Positions 37,338 to 45,629 are shown, counted from the first letter of the stretch. The stretch is DNA of 46,608 bases from a virus (IMGVR_UViG_3300032212_000025:1-46608), one strand, 5' to 3'. A program made the numbers and translations. Notes: a model not told the origin generated them from the letters alone.

Positions 37338-38900
37338 TCACACGTCATTATCCATGCAAGCTAACGGGTCATAGTCATCAGTGTTCTGATCACGTGCACC
37401 GATTGCAGCATCCAATTGACCACGCGGTACTTCACGTTTTGGTACATGTTGTGCGAATGTTAGGTACAGTTGATCAGCCCAGTCAGGTGATACACCCAAA
37501 CGTTTCTTCATATCTTTTTTCTTCTCAAGAACAAGTCTATCTTTATCATCATGCCAGTAATCACGTGATGTCAGTTCTTCTTCAAGCTGAGGGTCATCAA
37601 TGATTGCACCACCTTCCATCAACCACTGACGGCATCGGTATCCCATCTCAGCTGTCTTGTTATAAAAATGCTTTTCATCATCTGCATTATGACCGAAACC
37701 TATACCAATAACGTGATAACCCAGCTGTACAAGTCGATCAACCATAGGTCCACCGATGCCTGTTTCATCCAGGAAAGTGACATCAGGTTGATGTCGATCC
37801 AATATCATTGTGATCTTTGAAATCACTTTCATGCTGTTACGTGACTTCTCACCGGGTATTCTGTAAGTCTTTTCTGACTTAGCATCTTTACCACGTCTGA
37901 ACCCGATCATGCAGTTATCATCGCCACCGCGTGCAACATCGATACCGCAGATCAATGGGTCATCACCCATATAACGACCAGGACCACGCTTCTGTGCATC
38001 ATATACATCATCTGATGGGATGAACTGAGTATCACCTGCACGCGGGAAACGACCGAGTACACGAACCCGGAAGAAGTCAGAATCTTCACCCCAGTCATTC
38101 TTCCATTGGTTGATCAGTTTCTTGTTCGTCATCTTAGCAGTGCGACTGTCAATCTGACGTGTCACCCACCGGTGCTTTGAACGATTGAAGCATTCTCTGA
38201 ACTTACCGGTGTTACGTGTTGGATTACCGAACACAAAGAACATCGGCTCACCATCGGTCAACCCACCTTCAGCTACTTCCCAAATCTTGTCAGGTACAGC
38301 TGATGCTTCATCGAATAAATAGAACGGTGTTGAGTTGGCTGAGTGTAATCCTGCAAATGCTTCAGAGTTTTCTTCACGACAGGTCTGAGCATCCACGCGC
38401 CATGATTCAGGCCAGCTGTGATGATACAGTGACATCGAACCACGACCGTTGTTATATTCAAACCAGTGACCGACAATGCAGCGTGTGCGCCATTTACCCA
38501 GCTCACCCCATGTCTTTGTTCTTAACTGATCAGATGTGTTCGCTGTGACAATACCTTTAGCGTATGGCCTGGTAGACATGATCCAAAGTATCAGCCATGC
38601 AGTCAGTGCTGACTTACCGATACCATGACCTGATGCTGTGGCTTCACGAATAGGATCAACCGGTGTCACACCATCGAATCCACGTTCAATGACCTGTTTA
38701 CCGATATCAATCAGTGTTTCACGCTGCCAGTCATCAGGACCTTCAAAACCTTCCAGCTCCCCATAACCCCAGTCGAAAGCCCACATGACCCAACCATACG
38801 GATCAGCGTAGAACTTAGAACATTCATCAGCTAATAGAAGATCAATCTGCCCAACGTCATATTCACCGCTGGCAGTCATTGCAGATTTAGTTGTCGCCAT
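37338..38900 (-). CDS. terL: Terminase large subunit
   Basis: ASGHGIGKS Walker A, LFDEAS Walker B, FGNPTR, GIDVARGGDD nuclease, SPDWAD. Confidence 0.95.
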   Translation of the reverse strand: MATTKSAMTASGEYDVGQIDLLLADECSKFYADPYGWVMWAFDWGYGELEGFEGPDDWQRETLIDIGKQVIERGFDGVTPVDPIREATASGHGIGKSALTAWLILWIMSTRPYAKGIVTANTSDQLRTKTWGELGKWRTRCIVGHWFEYNNGRGSMSLYHHSWPESWRVDAQTCREENSEAFAGLHSANSTPFYLFDEASAVPDKIWEVAEGGLTDGEPMFFVFGNPTRNTGKFRECFNRSKHRWVTRQIDSRTAKMTNKKLINQWKNDWGEDSDFFRVRVLGRFPRAGDTQFIPSDDVYDAQKRGPGRYMGDDPLICGIDVARGGDDNCMIGFRRGKDAKSEKTYRIPGEKSRNSMKVISKITMILDRHQPDVTFLDETGIGGPMVDRLVQLGYHVIGIGFGHNADDEKHFYNKTAEMGYRCRQWLMEGGAIIDDPQLEEELTSRDYWHDDKDRLVLEKKKDMKKRLGVSPDWADQLYLTFAQHVPKREVPRGQLDAAIGARDQNTDDYDPLACMDNDV

Positions 38901-38906
38901 ACGGTG

Positions 38907-39188
38907 TCACCCTTTTGCGTAAACCCCTACGGCTGCAGCGGTTGCTGATTTAGTGACCTGTATATCAATGGGTCCGGGAATCACGATTGCATTATGCGTT
39001 GCAGTCAATTGCTGAATCTCATCATCTTGATATAGGTCACCATAAGAACTTACACCATCTTCAATCAATTGGAATGTAACTGTCTCAGCACCCGCTAACT
39101 TACCGGCAGAGACAGTCATTGTTACCCCTGAATCAATTTTTAGAGTGACATTATCTGAAGCAGTAGTCGGATCGATAATAACTTTCAT
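38907..39188 (-). CDS. Hypothetical beta-rich protein
   Basis: ORF coupled to the upstream gene by an ATGA overlap. Confidence 0.7.
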   Translation of the reverse strand: MKVIIDPTTASDNVTLKIDSGVTMTVSAGKLAGAETVTFQLIEDGVSSYGDLYQDDEIQQLTATHNAIVIPGPIDIQVTKSATAAAVGVYAKG

Positions 39189-39619
39189 ATCGACAACACC
39201 CAGAAACCGTTTGCGTTCAACGTGATAGTGATTGATCCTGATACATTACCAAACGTCGCACCTTCAGTGTGGTGTGCAATGATATAATTGTTAGTCGCTT
39301 CATAAATAACCAAGCTTCTAGCATTACTGAAACCACCTGCATCAAGTGCAATGACAGCAGGATCATCAGCATCAAAGACTAGATCATTACTGCCGTTCAA
39401 ACCACATGTGATGTTAGCTAACGCTACAGGACCAGTCCAAGCCGTACCAGTTGCAACCGCTGTTAAACCGGTGTAAAGCGCATTAGTATCAGGATTAATA
39501 GTAGCCTCAGTGACAATACCGAGGTTGATTGTGTCACCAAGTAAGACCGCATCAAGATCAAGTGCTTGAGTACCGTCGAAGTGACGTTCTAACCAGTCAG
39601 AATGTACAACCCATGTCAT
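39185..39619 (-). CDS. Putative accessory structural protein
   Basis: VFDADD...ITITLNANG pattern; Thr/Gly/Ala-rich. Confidence 0.65.
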   Translation of the reverse strand: MTWVVHSDWLERHFDGTQALDLDAVLLGDTINLGIVTEATINPDTNALYTGLTAVATGTAWTGPVALANITCGLNGSNDLVFDADDPAVIALDAGGFSNARSLVIYEATNNYIIAHHTEGATFGNVSGSITITLNANGFWVLSI

Positions 39620-39879
39620 AGCTGCAGACCTCGTTCATTTTGTGAAATTTCCAATTCAGCCAATTCCAAAACATCAGACCATGCTTGAATCGCAACACGT
39701 GTGTTCGCTATCTCCTGTGAAACAGCTTTACTACCACTACGTTTATGCAATCGTGCTAATTTAGCTGTCAAGTTCGCAACACGTGTTTCAGCACGTTCTT
39801 TACGAAACTCAGCAGATTGAACACCGCAATTGATGAGAACAGGTTGCCCAGTCATTTTCGATTTAAAAGGCCACATCAC
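39616..39879 (-). CDS. Hypothetical coiled-coil protein
   Basis: Overlaps both neighbours by 4 nt. Confidence 0.6.
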   Translation of the reverse strand: MMWPFKSKMTGQPVLINCGVQSAEFRKERAETRVANLTAKLARLHKRSGSKAVSQEIANTRVAIQAWSDVLELAELEISQNERGLQL

Positions 39880-40355
39880 ATCAGCTCCTTAATTAATTTT
39901 GATACGAGTTTACCAGTGAGTTTATATATTAAACCGGTTTTTTTACTCTGTACGAATACAGCAGTAACAGTGACTGACTGGCTTATCATCGATAATACAC
40001 CACTATCTGGTGAAATAATACGCAGTTCAGTTAATGTTAATGTTTGCCCTGTTATCGATACAGTACCCGCTGCAGGGTTAATGTTAGTAATAGCGTTAAC
40101 TATAACATCCTGACCTGCGACAATTAAACCACCATTAGTTGGTGTCAATGATGTACCACTATCAACTGTAATACTTTGACCTGCAGCACTTAAAATACCG
40201 CTACCAGGTGTCGTTGTGAATGGTAATAAAAGATTTACGTCCTGACCTGTAACACTGAGAGATGCAGCAGCAGGTGAAATCGTTGTACCACTGGGTGCTG
40301 CACTAGGCAACTCACCTAACGCATAGACACCTATAGCCCCTTGACCTAAACTCAT
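39876..40355 (-). CDS. Putative fibre-like structural protein with internal repeats
   Basis: About five P..G.L...GQ repeats of ~22 aa. Confidence 0.65.
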   Translation of the reverse strand: MSLGQGAIGVYALGELPSAAPSGTTISPAAASLSVTGQDVNLLLPFTTTPGSGILSAAGQSITVDSGTSLTPTNGGLIVAGQDVIVNAITNINPAAGTVSITGQTLTLTELRIISPDSGVLSMISQSVTVTAVFVQSKKTGLIYKLTGKLVSKLIKELM

Positions 40356-40778
40356 TTACACAGGCCAGAGTGGGTTATTTACAACATCATAGGCTTTCAC
40401 ATCGGCAACAATAGTTATAGCATTTATTTCATTTCTGATAGAACGTCGCGCCTGCCTAGTATCAATCATGTTCTGGAAATCCGCATTGGCCGAACGAGAA
40501 GATGGAATTACGCTTCTAAATATATCAAAAGCTAAATCAATAATATCTACCGTCTCAATATCAGGATATAACATCTGAATACGGACTAGATATTGATCAC
40601 GCAGCTCTTGTCTTTTAATCTTCTTGGCCTCGGCCAACTCATCAAACGAGTCAATAATAGCCTGCACCGAAACATCGTTAGAGCTTATCCATACCCCATT
40701 ATGCTCACGCAGCCAATGACCTGATTCTTCAATGACTTCATGCAATCTATTCCCTTTTTCTATGTAATTGATAGCCAT
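40356..40778 (-). CDS. Putative fibre-assembly/chaperone-like protein
   Basis: Helical C-terminus ending V.AYDV...WP, resembling tail-fibre assembly proteins; follows a fibre-like gene. Confidence 0.5.
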   Translation of the reverse strand: MAINYIEKGNRLHEVIEESGHWLREHNGVWISSNDVSVQAIIDSFDELAEAKKIKRQELRDQYLVRIQMLYPDIETVDIIDLAFDIFRSVIPSSRSANADFQNMIDTRQARRSIRNEINAITIVADVKAYDVVNNPLWPV

Positions 40779-40782
40779 TTCT

Positions 40783-41607
40783 TTACACCGTTTGCAAGCT
40801 AAGTCGTGGAGGATTCTTTCTGTCTAATTCTGTCAAAGTTCCAGCAGAAGCAGGTAATGATGTCCATGATGTTGCGGTCTCACTCAATACAGTGACTTTG
40901 TAAGTATCGGCAGAAGTCATGGGCAGCATTCCACAATCAACCTGCGCATCATCTTGAGCTGCTACGCCTGTAGCACCATCTGATACAATTGCCGCAAAAA
41001 GCCACTCACTACCGTACTTGTCTTGAGTGAAAGTGGAGCTTTTAACACCTGTAGTTGCTGGGCTAAGATCAGATGTTTCTGCTATAAGATCACCCGGTAT
41101 CCCGTTATCATTCTCATATAAACCTAACCGCATCTTAGTACCAGCAGCAGTTGTTACTGTCATTCTAATATTGTCAAATTCATTAGCCACACCAAAAAAT
41201 ACTGGAAAATAAATAACAGTATCAGCAGGTATCACGTATTCTGCTCGATACCCTGTGTGTGTATGATTTTTAGGGGTTATCCATTTATTAGGCTGTGCTA
41301 GTCCAATGGATGGCAGTGTCGCTTCATTACCGGAGCAGAACAATGTAGGCGCTGTAGTAAAGCTCAGAGCTGTAATCCCGTCAGAGGAATTATCTAAAAC
41401 TGTTTCTCGTACTAATGTAGTGGATGCAGAAAGATACCCTATACCTGTCTCCCACTCACTGTCAGTATCATTAACAGCCCAATATGAGAATCGCTTATTC
41501 GTACCAAAAGCAGTATTAAATGTTTGAAATCCAGCAGCAGCACCCGTAGTAGTAAAACTTCCCGTTCCGGTTGTGCTAGTTGTTTCTTTAACACGATTAG
41601 CTAACAT
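40783..41607 (-). CDS. Putative fibre/appendage structural protein
   Basis: LANRVKETTSTTGTG...WETGIG...LVRETVL N-terminal module plus an RLGLYEND.G.PG domain. Confidence 0.65.
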   Translation of the reverse strand: MLANRVKETTSTTGTGSFTTTGAAAGFQTFNTAFGTNKRFSYWAVNDTDSEWETGIGYLSASTTLVRETVLDNSSDGITALSFTTAPTLFCSGNEATLPSIGLAQPNKWITPKNHTHTGYRAEYVIPADTVIYFPVFFGVANEFDNIRMTVTTAAGTKMRLGLYENDNGIPGDLIAETSDLSPATTGVKSSTFTQDKYGSEWLFAAIVSDGATGVAAQDDAQVDCGMLPMTSADTYKVTVLSETATSWTSLPASAGTLTELDRKNPPRLSLQTV

Positions 41608-41732
41608 CTCTTAACCACCATTATTTAGAATTTGAACACCCTGCTGAGGGGAGGCACTCACGTGGTGACGGACGTAAGCTTTTACTACCTCAATGACCCT
41701 ACAGCAGGGATGCATTGATAATATCAGTAAGT

Positions 41733-42191
41733 TTAAAAGAATGAAACCTCATCACCTGAGTCATCAACTTCATCAGACTCACCGTTCAAACGCTTGCGAC
41801 CTCGCAGTAATCGATCCATGATCTCTTTATCACTGTTAACCTCAATCTTCTCAGCAGCAAATGCGTCAACCATTTTATGTTTAGCACACAGACCTAGGGC
41901 AGTGTTACTGGCTGAAATGTTCCCCTGCTGCCTGGCAATCATGTGATTATCAACCGCTTCCATCAACACCCACTCAGCATCAATGTGACTGGCATCCAGT
42001 CGTGACTCAAGCACTTTATCAATGGCTGTGGCGATATGCTCATGATGTAACAACTGGTAACCAGTATCAGCAGCATACCCAGACGCTTCAGCCGCACGAC
42101 GCGGTGCAAAGTCTTTGCAATATTCAATGACAAAGTTCGCCTCTTTAGGCTTCAACCCAGTCAGATCTGTTAGTGTGATTTTACGTGGCAT
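41733..42191 (-). CDS. terS: Terminase small subunit
   Basis: KEANFVIEY..DF...RAAEASGY HTH signature, IDAEWVL, ALGL.AKH; likely start MPRKIT at 42191. Confidence 0.88.
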   Translation of the reverse strand: MPRKITLTDLTGLKPKEANFVIEYCKDFAPRRAAEASGYAADTGYQLLHHEHIATAIDKVLESRLDASHIDAEWVLMEAVDNHMIARQQGNISASNTALGLCAKHKMVDAFAAEKIEVNSDKEIMDRLLRGRKRLNGESDEVDDSGDEVSFF

Positions 42192-42295
42192 GTGCTCACC
42201 AAATGTGTAATATGCAGTGACATTAGCACACATTTTTGTGATTATCAGTGTAACAATGTTTCACCACCAGGAATGTTTTTAGCCCTAAAATCACC

Positions 42296-42755
42296 ACTGC
42301 CAACCTGCTGACTGCCAACCTTGTTTCAGGTCCAGATCACTAGTTGAAAAATATTTTTTTCACCGGGCTTTTAACCTCGAATAGGTTAGCAGGTTGGCAG
42401 TGGTAAGTTATTGATTTTAAAGGGTGTGATTTTTAGCGTTTTTATAACTTCTTATTTATCAATAACTTACCACTGCCAACCTTCAAATATAAGTAAAAGC
42501 TAATATCAATGAAATCAAAGAGTTACCACTGCCAACCTCACCGCCAACCTCAAAACAGGTTAGCAGTGCCCTATTTTCCTCAATAGAATCAATGACTTAC
42601 ACCAACTGTGATTCTCTGCGTGACAGTCTATTGTACAAAAAGTAACCAAATACTGTCGCAATCTGCGTCATTGTCGCAATTTGAATCAACATTTTCAGCA
42701 ACATTTGCAATAACCCTACAAAAAAAAGTATTACTGCCAACCTCACTGCCAACCT
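42296..42755. repeat. Array of ten ACTGCCAACCT-like repeats with four IHF consensus sites (candidate origin or packaging site)
   Basis: Copies at 42296, 42311, 42383(r), 42391(r), 42472, 42528, 42540, 42557(r), 42733 and 42745; WATCAANNNNTTR matches; a 25-bp inverted repeat. Confidence 0.85.
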
Positions 42756-42816
42756 ATAAAACAGTGCAAAAACATTCTGAGCAACAATGACGCAGAAAAT
42801 GTTTTTACAGAAAAGT

Positions 42817-42845
42817 TTGACAATTGTGTAACATTGTGTAACACT
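42817..42845 (+). promoter_or_regulatory. Probable early promoter (TTGACA) with tandem GTGTAACA motifs
   Basis: TTGACA at 42817-42822 ahead of the first early gene; the -10 element is ambiguous. Confidence 0.45.
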
Positions 42846-42875
42846 CTCTATATACATTAAATAAAGGTGACTATA

Positions 42876-43388
42876 ATGAATACGACACTAAATAAAATCA
42901 GAGCAAAACACCCTTGCACATCAGGCTGGGAAACTTTATTAAAATCACTTAATAAAACGCAGGCAGATGATGAGCCTGTAAGCTTTAAATATATTCTTGA
43001 ATCTAACGGTATTCAAGATGCTGTATGGTGTCTGCGAACTTTAGACTACAAAGACATTTGTTTATTTTGCGCAGATGTCGCAGAACTGACTTTACCTCTT
43101 TTCGAGAAAAGATATCCAGATGATAAGCGACCGCGAGAAGCGATTGAAGGTATTAGAAAATATCATCAGGGTGAAATTGATTTAGCAGCTCTCGAAAAAT
43201 TAAGACATGCTACTTATGCTGCTGCTTATGCTGCTGCTTATGCTGCTGCTGATGCTGCTCATGCTGCTGCTTATGCTGCTTATGCTACTGATGCTGCTTA
43301 TGCTGCTGCTGCTTATGCTGCTGCTGCTGCTAGACAAGACCAATGGCAGAAGATTGAAAAATTATTTGTTAAGTATTTCTGTCAATGA
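42876..43388 (+). CDS. Imm5-like domain protein with Ala/Tyr-rich repeats
   Basis: TLNKIR...PC.SGW..LL, FCADVAE...FE..YPDDKRPREAIE, followed by YAAA repeats; a common phage early-gene type. Confidence 0.75.
   Translation: MNTTLNKIRAKHPCTSGWETLLKSLNKTQADDEPVSFKYILESNGIQDAVWCLRTLDYKDICLFCADVAELTLPLFEKRYPDDKRPREAIEGIRKYHQGEIDLAALEKLRHATYAAAYAAAYAAADAAHAAAYAAYATDAAYAAAAYAAAAARQDQWQKIEKLFVKYFCQ
43207..43331 (+). repeat. (T/G/C)ATGCTGCT(GCT) coding tandem repeat
   Basis: Visible directly; encodes YAAA/DAAH units. Confidence 0.9.
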
Positions 43389-43516
43389 AAATAATAAAAT
43401 TACCCAGCACCATGATGATCGCTAACATCAATGGTGAACTGAAGTATATTAACCGTGTCGGACTGGTGTTGACCATCGCGCATAACAGTCGAACTTATAA
43501 AGTGGAGCTGATCTGA
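43385..43516 (+). CDS. Small hypothetical protein (43 aa)
   Basis: ATGA overlap with the upstream stop. Confidence 0.5.
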   Translation: MKIIKLPSTMMIANINGELKYINRVGLVLTIAHNSRTYKVELI

Positions 43517-43603
43517 ATGAACTTAATATTCCCAGCAACATACATTTATGAATCAACCTGGTCATGGGTTAATCGAATGCAACTTAAACGAGGTGACACA
43601 ACA

Positions 43604-44107
43604 ATGAGCAACATTAAAACATTAAAAGACCTAAAACCTCGGGAAGTAATGAAACGCGCCAGTGAGGGTGAGTCGTGGGCGGTACTTTATAACGTTGATA
43701 GTGTATACAAGCGGCCTGATAACCAGTCATTTAAAAATTTGTGTAACTGTGTGGCTAATTTCATCCACGTAACCATCATCGACACCAGCGAACCTGTGAT
43801 TGATTGGGATAAGTTCGATTATAAATTTTTTAATCAATATGGTGGGTTACCTGTACACAATGACGGGATTGAAGGCTGGATGCATAAAGCAGAAGATAAC
43901 TATATTTTTAATGTCGATGGCTTGGTTAAATCCCCCTTCTACCACTGGCAAGGCGGTAAATGCCCAGTGCCTGATAGTGTTGAGGTTGAGATCATTTATC
44001 GTACTGGGGTTGGCCACGTTGCTGCTGCTGGTGAGTGCGGATGGTTTACTGATATGATTGCTGAGAATAACATCATCGCCTTCCGTCTAACAGGTAACGT
44101 GCTGTGA
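43604..44107 (+). CDS. Hypothetical protein with a C-terminal WxGGxCPV...IIAFR phage domain
   Basis: GAGGTG ribosome-binding site before ATG 43604; HWQGGKCPVP...VEIIYRTG...IIAFRL. Confidence 0.72.
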   Translation: MSNIKTLKDLKPREVMKRASEGESWAVLYNVDSVYKRPDNQSFKNLCNCVANFIHVTIIDTSEPVIDWDKFDYKFFNQYGGLPVHNDGIEGWMHKAEDNYIFNVDGLVKSPFYHWQGGKCPVPDSVEVEIIYRTGVGHVAAAGECGWFTDMIAENNIIAFRLTGNVL

Positions 44108-44186
44108 AAACTCTGTTGTTAATATACATGTTAACAATGTGTCAGGGTGATGTTGAACCTGTTGAAATCAACGTGGAGTATGTACC

Positions 44187-44408
44187 ATGAATAAAACAAT
44201 GAGGATGAATTATTGCAACGGTGGTACTGTTTATGTGATAAATGATGAAACAGATGAGTGTGATAATATATACACGTTTGATTTCCTTGAGAACATCGAG
44301 ATTTATTGTCCTGATTTCAGAACCATACCTGACTTATACAACGCATGGTTATATTACCGTGACATCATGAATAAACCACTACCACCACTGGTTAACGGTC
44401 ATGAATAA
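44187..44408 (+). CDS. Hypothetical protein
   Basis: GGAG ribosome-binding site; packed in the early operon. Confidence 0.6.
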   Translation: MNKTMRMNYCNGGTVYVINDETDECDNIYTFDFLENIEIYCPDFRTIPDLYNAWLYYRDIMNKPLPPLVNGHE

Positions 44409-44586
44409 AAACTGTAAAGCACGTCATCAAGGTGGTAATGAATATCGATGTGACCGATGCAACCTCACATGGGATGCTGACGATCTTGAACCACCAAAAT
44501 GTAAAACTGATGTTCAGATTAATCGCGCACGCGGTCGTCGTTACATCTTGCAAATGAAGAAAGCTTTAAACCATGAAGAACTATAA
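44401..44586 (+). CDS. Small Cys-rich (Zn-ribbon-like) protein
   Basis: CKAR...YRCDRCNLTWD...PPKC. Confidence 0.65.
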   Translation: MNKNCKARHQGGNEYRCDRCNLTWDADDLEPPKCKTDVQINRARGRRYILQMKKALNHEEL

Positions 44587-44592
44587 AAGGAT

Positions 44593-44673
44593 ATGATCAT
44601 GAGAAAATTAGGATTAGTTTTATTATTATGTGCTGTTTTCTGGTTCACTATCATATGGCAGATCGTTTCATGA
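44593..44673 (+). CDS. Small membrane peptide (26 aa)
   Basis: AAGGA ribosome-binding site; LGLVLLLCAVFWFTIIW; its stop overlaps the next ATG. Confidence 0.45.
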   Translation: MIMRKLGLVLLLCAVFWFTIIWQIVS

Positions 44674-45020
44674 ACACCGACACCCCATCACCCAGTAAAA
44701 CCTATAAACTCAGAACACCTGGCATCAGTGACCACGCGATTTATTTCACAATCGTGGGTCGTGATGAACCTGAAGCATTTTTCATCAACAGTAAGGAAAT
44801 GCACAGTTTTCAATGGGTGTTGGCATTAATGACCTCATACTCACTATTATTGAGTGAAGGTACACCGGTGAGTAAGATCATTGAAATTATGAAAGATGTG
44901 TTTGATCCTAATGGTAAGTACATCATCCCCGATGGTACCAACCGTGAAGCACACAGTGTCGTGCATCATTTAGGTCTGGTACTTGAACAGCATTGTCAAT
45001 CAAAGGAAGAAAATAAATGA
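44670..45020 (+). CDS. Stand-alone NrdJb/TSCPD-like domain protein (class II ribonucleotide reductase C-terminal part)
   Basis: TYKLRTP..DHAIYFTI, FINSKEM..FQWVLAL, KDVFDPNG, SVV..LG..LEQH match the NrdJb pattern as I recall it. Confidence 0.72.
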   Translation: MNTDTPSPSKTYKLRTPGISDHAIYFTIVGRDEPEAFFINSKEMHSFQWVLALMTSYSLLLSEGTPVSKIIEIMKDVFDPNGKYIIPDGTNREAHSVVHHLGLVLEQHCQSKEENK

Positions 45021-45217
45021 GTATTAATAAGAAATTCAATAAATTAGTTAAACCTGGTACACAAGTTTCATTAGCTGTTAATCCTGAAAAATTTTACACG
45101 GTGTCAGAGGTATCAGCTGGTCGCACGTATATCAGAATCGAAGGATTCACCGGGATCTTCACACACAACCATATCGCAAACTATTCAAATAAACCGGTGG
45201 AAATTGCTAAATCATAG
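45017..45217 (+). CDS. Small hypothetical protein (SH3-like beta pattern)
   Basis: ATGA overlap and AAGGA ribosome-binding site. Confidence 0.6.
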   Translation: MSINKKFNKLVKPGTQVSLAVNPEKFYTVSEVSAGRTYIRIEGFTGIFTHNHIANYSNKPVEIAKS

Positions 45218-45272
45218 TAGTATACTAAATCGTCCTATTTATTTTTAATTAACTAGAAGGGAGTACAACCAG

Positions 45273-45545
45273 ATGAAAAAATGGTTAATTTCAATCGTAT
45301 TAGCAATGATGTTTGCAGTACCGTTCATGGTCACAGCAGAACCCAGCTACCAAGTAGATGTTACCAACAGTCCAACGGCTGACGATAATCTTGATATCGG
45401 TGATACTGTTTTCGCAGTGAAGCGAAGGCAATTTCAAACCGCTAAATTTAAACATAAATCTAACATGAAAAACTGTGGTTCATGTCATAACGTTAAAACT
45501 GTTGGAGTGTTCGGGGGTGGCTCCATTGGTATTAGATCTTACTGA
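45273..45545 (+). CDS. Exported small protein with a CxxCH motif
   Basis: Signal peptide MKKWLISIVLAMMFAVPFMVTA; CGSCH; GGGAG ribosome-binding site. Confidence 0.7.
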   Translation: MKKWLISIVLAMMFAVPFMVTAEPSYQVDVTNSPTADDNLDIGDTVFAVKRRQFQTAKFKHKSNMKNCGSCHNVKTVGVFGGGSIGIRSY

Positions 45546-45599
45546 TGTAAACTGAAAAGATGAATCAGTAGTGAAAGAGACTCTACGTCATCGACATAT

Positions 45600-45628
45600 A
45601 AAAAGCCGCTTTAATCTGCGGCTTTTTT
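45600..45628. terminator. Bidirectional Rho-independent terminator
   Basis: AAAAAGCCGC-TTTAATCT-GCGGCTTTTTT between convergent operons. Confidence 0.85.
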
Positions 45629-45629
45629 A

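Noticed and set aside
42296-42755. Repeat array as a CRISPR array
   Set aside because: The units are only 11 bp, occur in both orientations and are irregularly spaced; there is no cas operon, and the Cas4-like gene is a standard phage replication nuclease.
42597-42857. ORFs on both strands in the iteron region
   Set aside because: No ribosome-binding site; they overlap repeats and promoter elements; probably non-coding.
43207-43425. 72-aa poly-Leu/Met ORF
   Set aside because: It is a frame-shifted reading of the GCT repeat in the Imm5-like gene.
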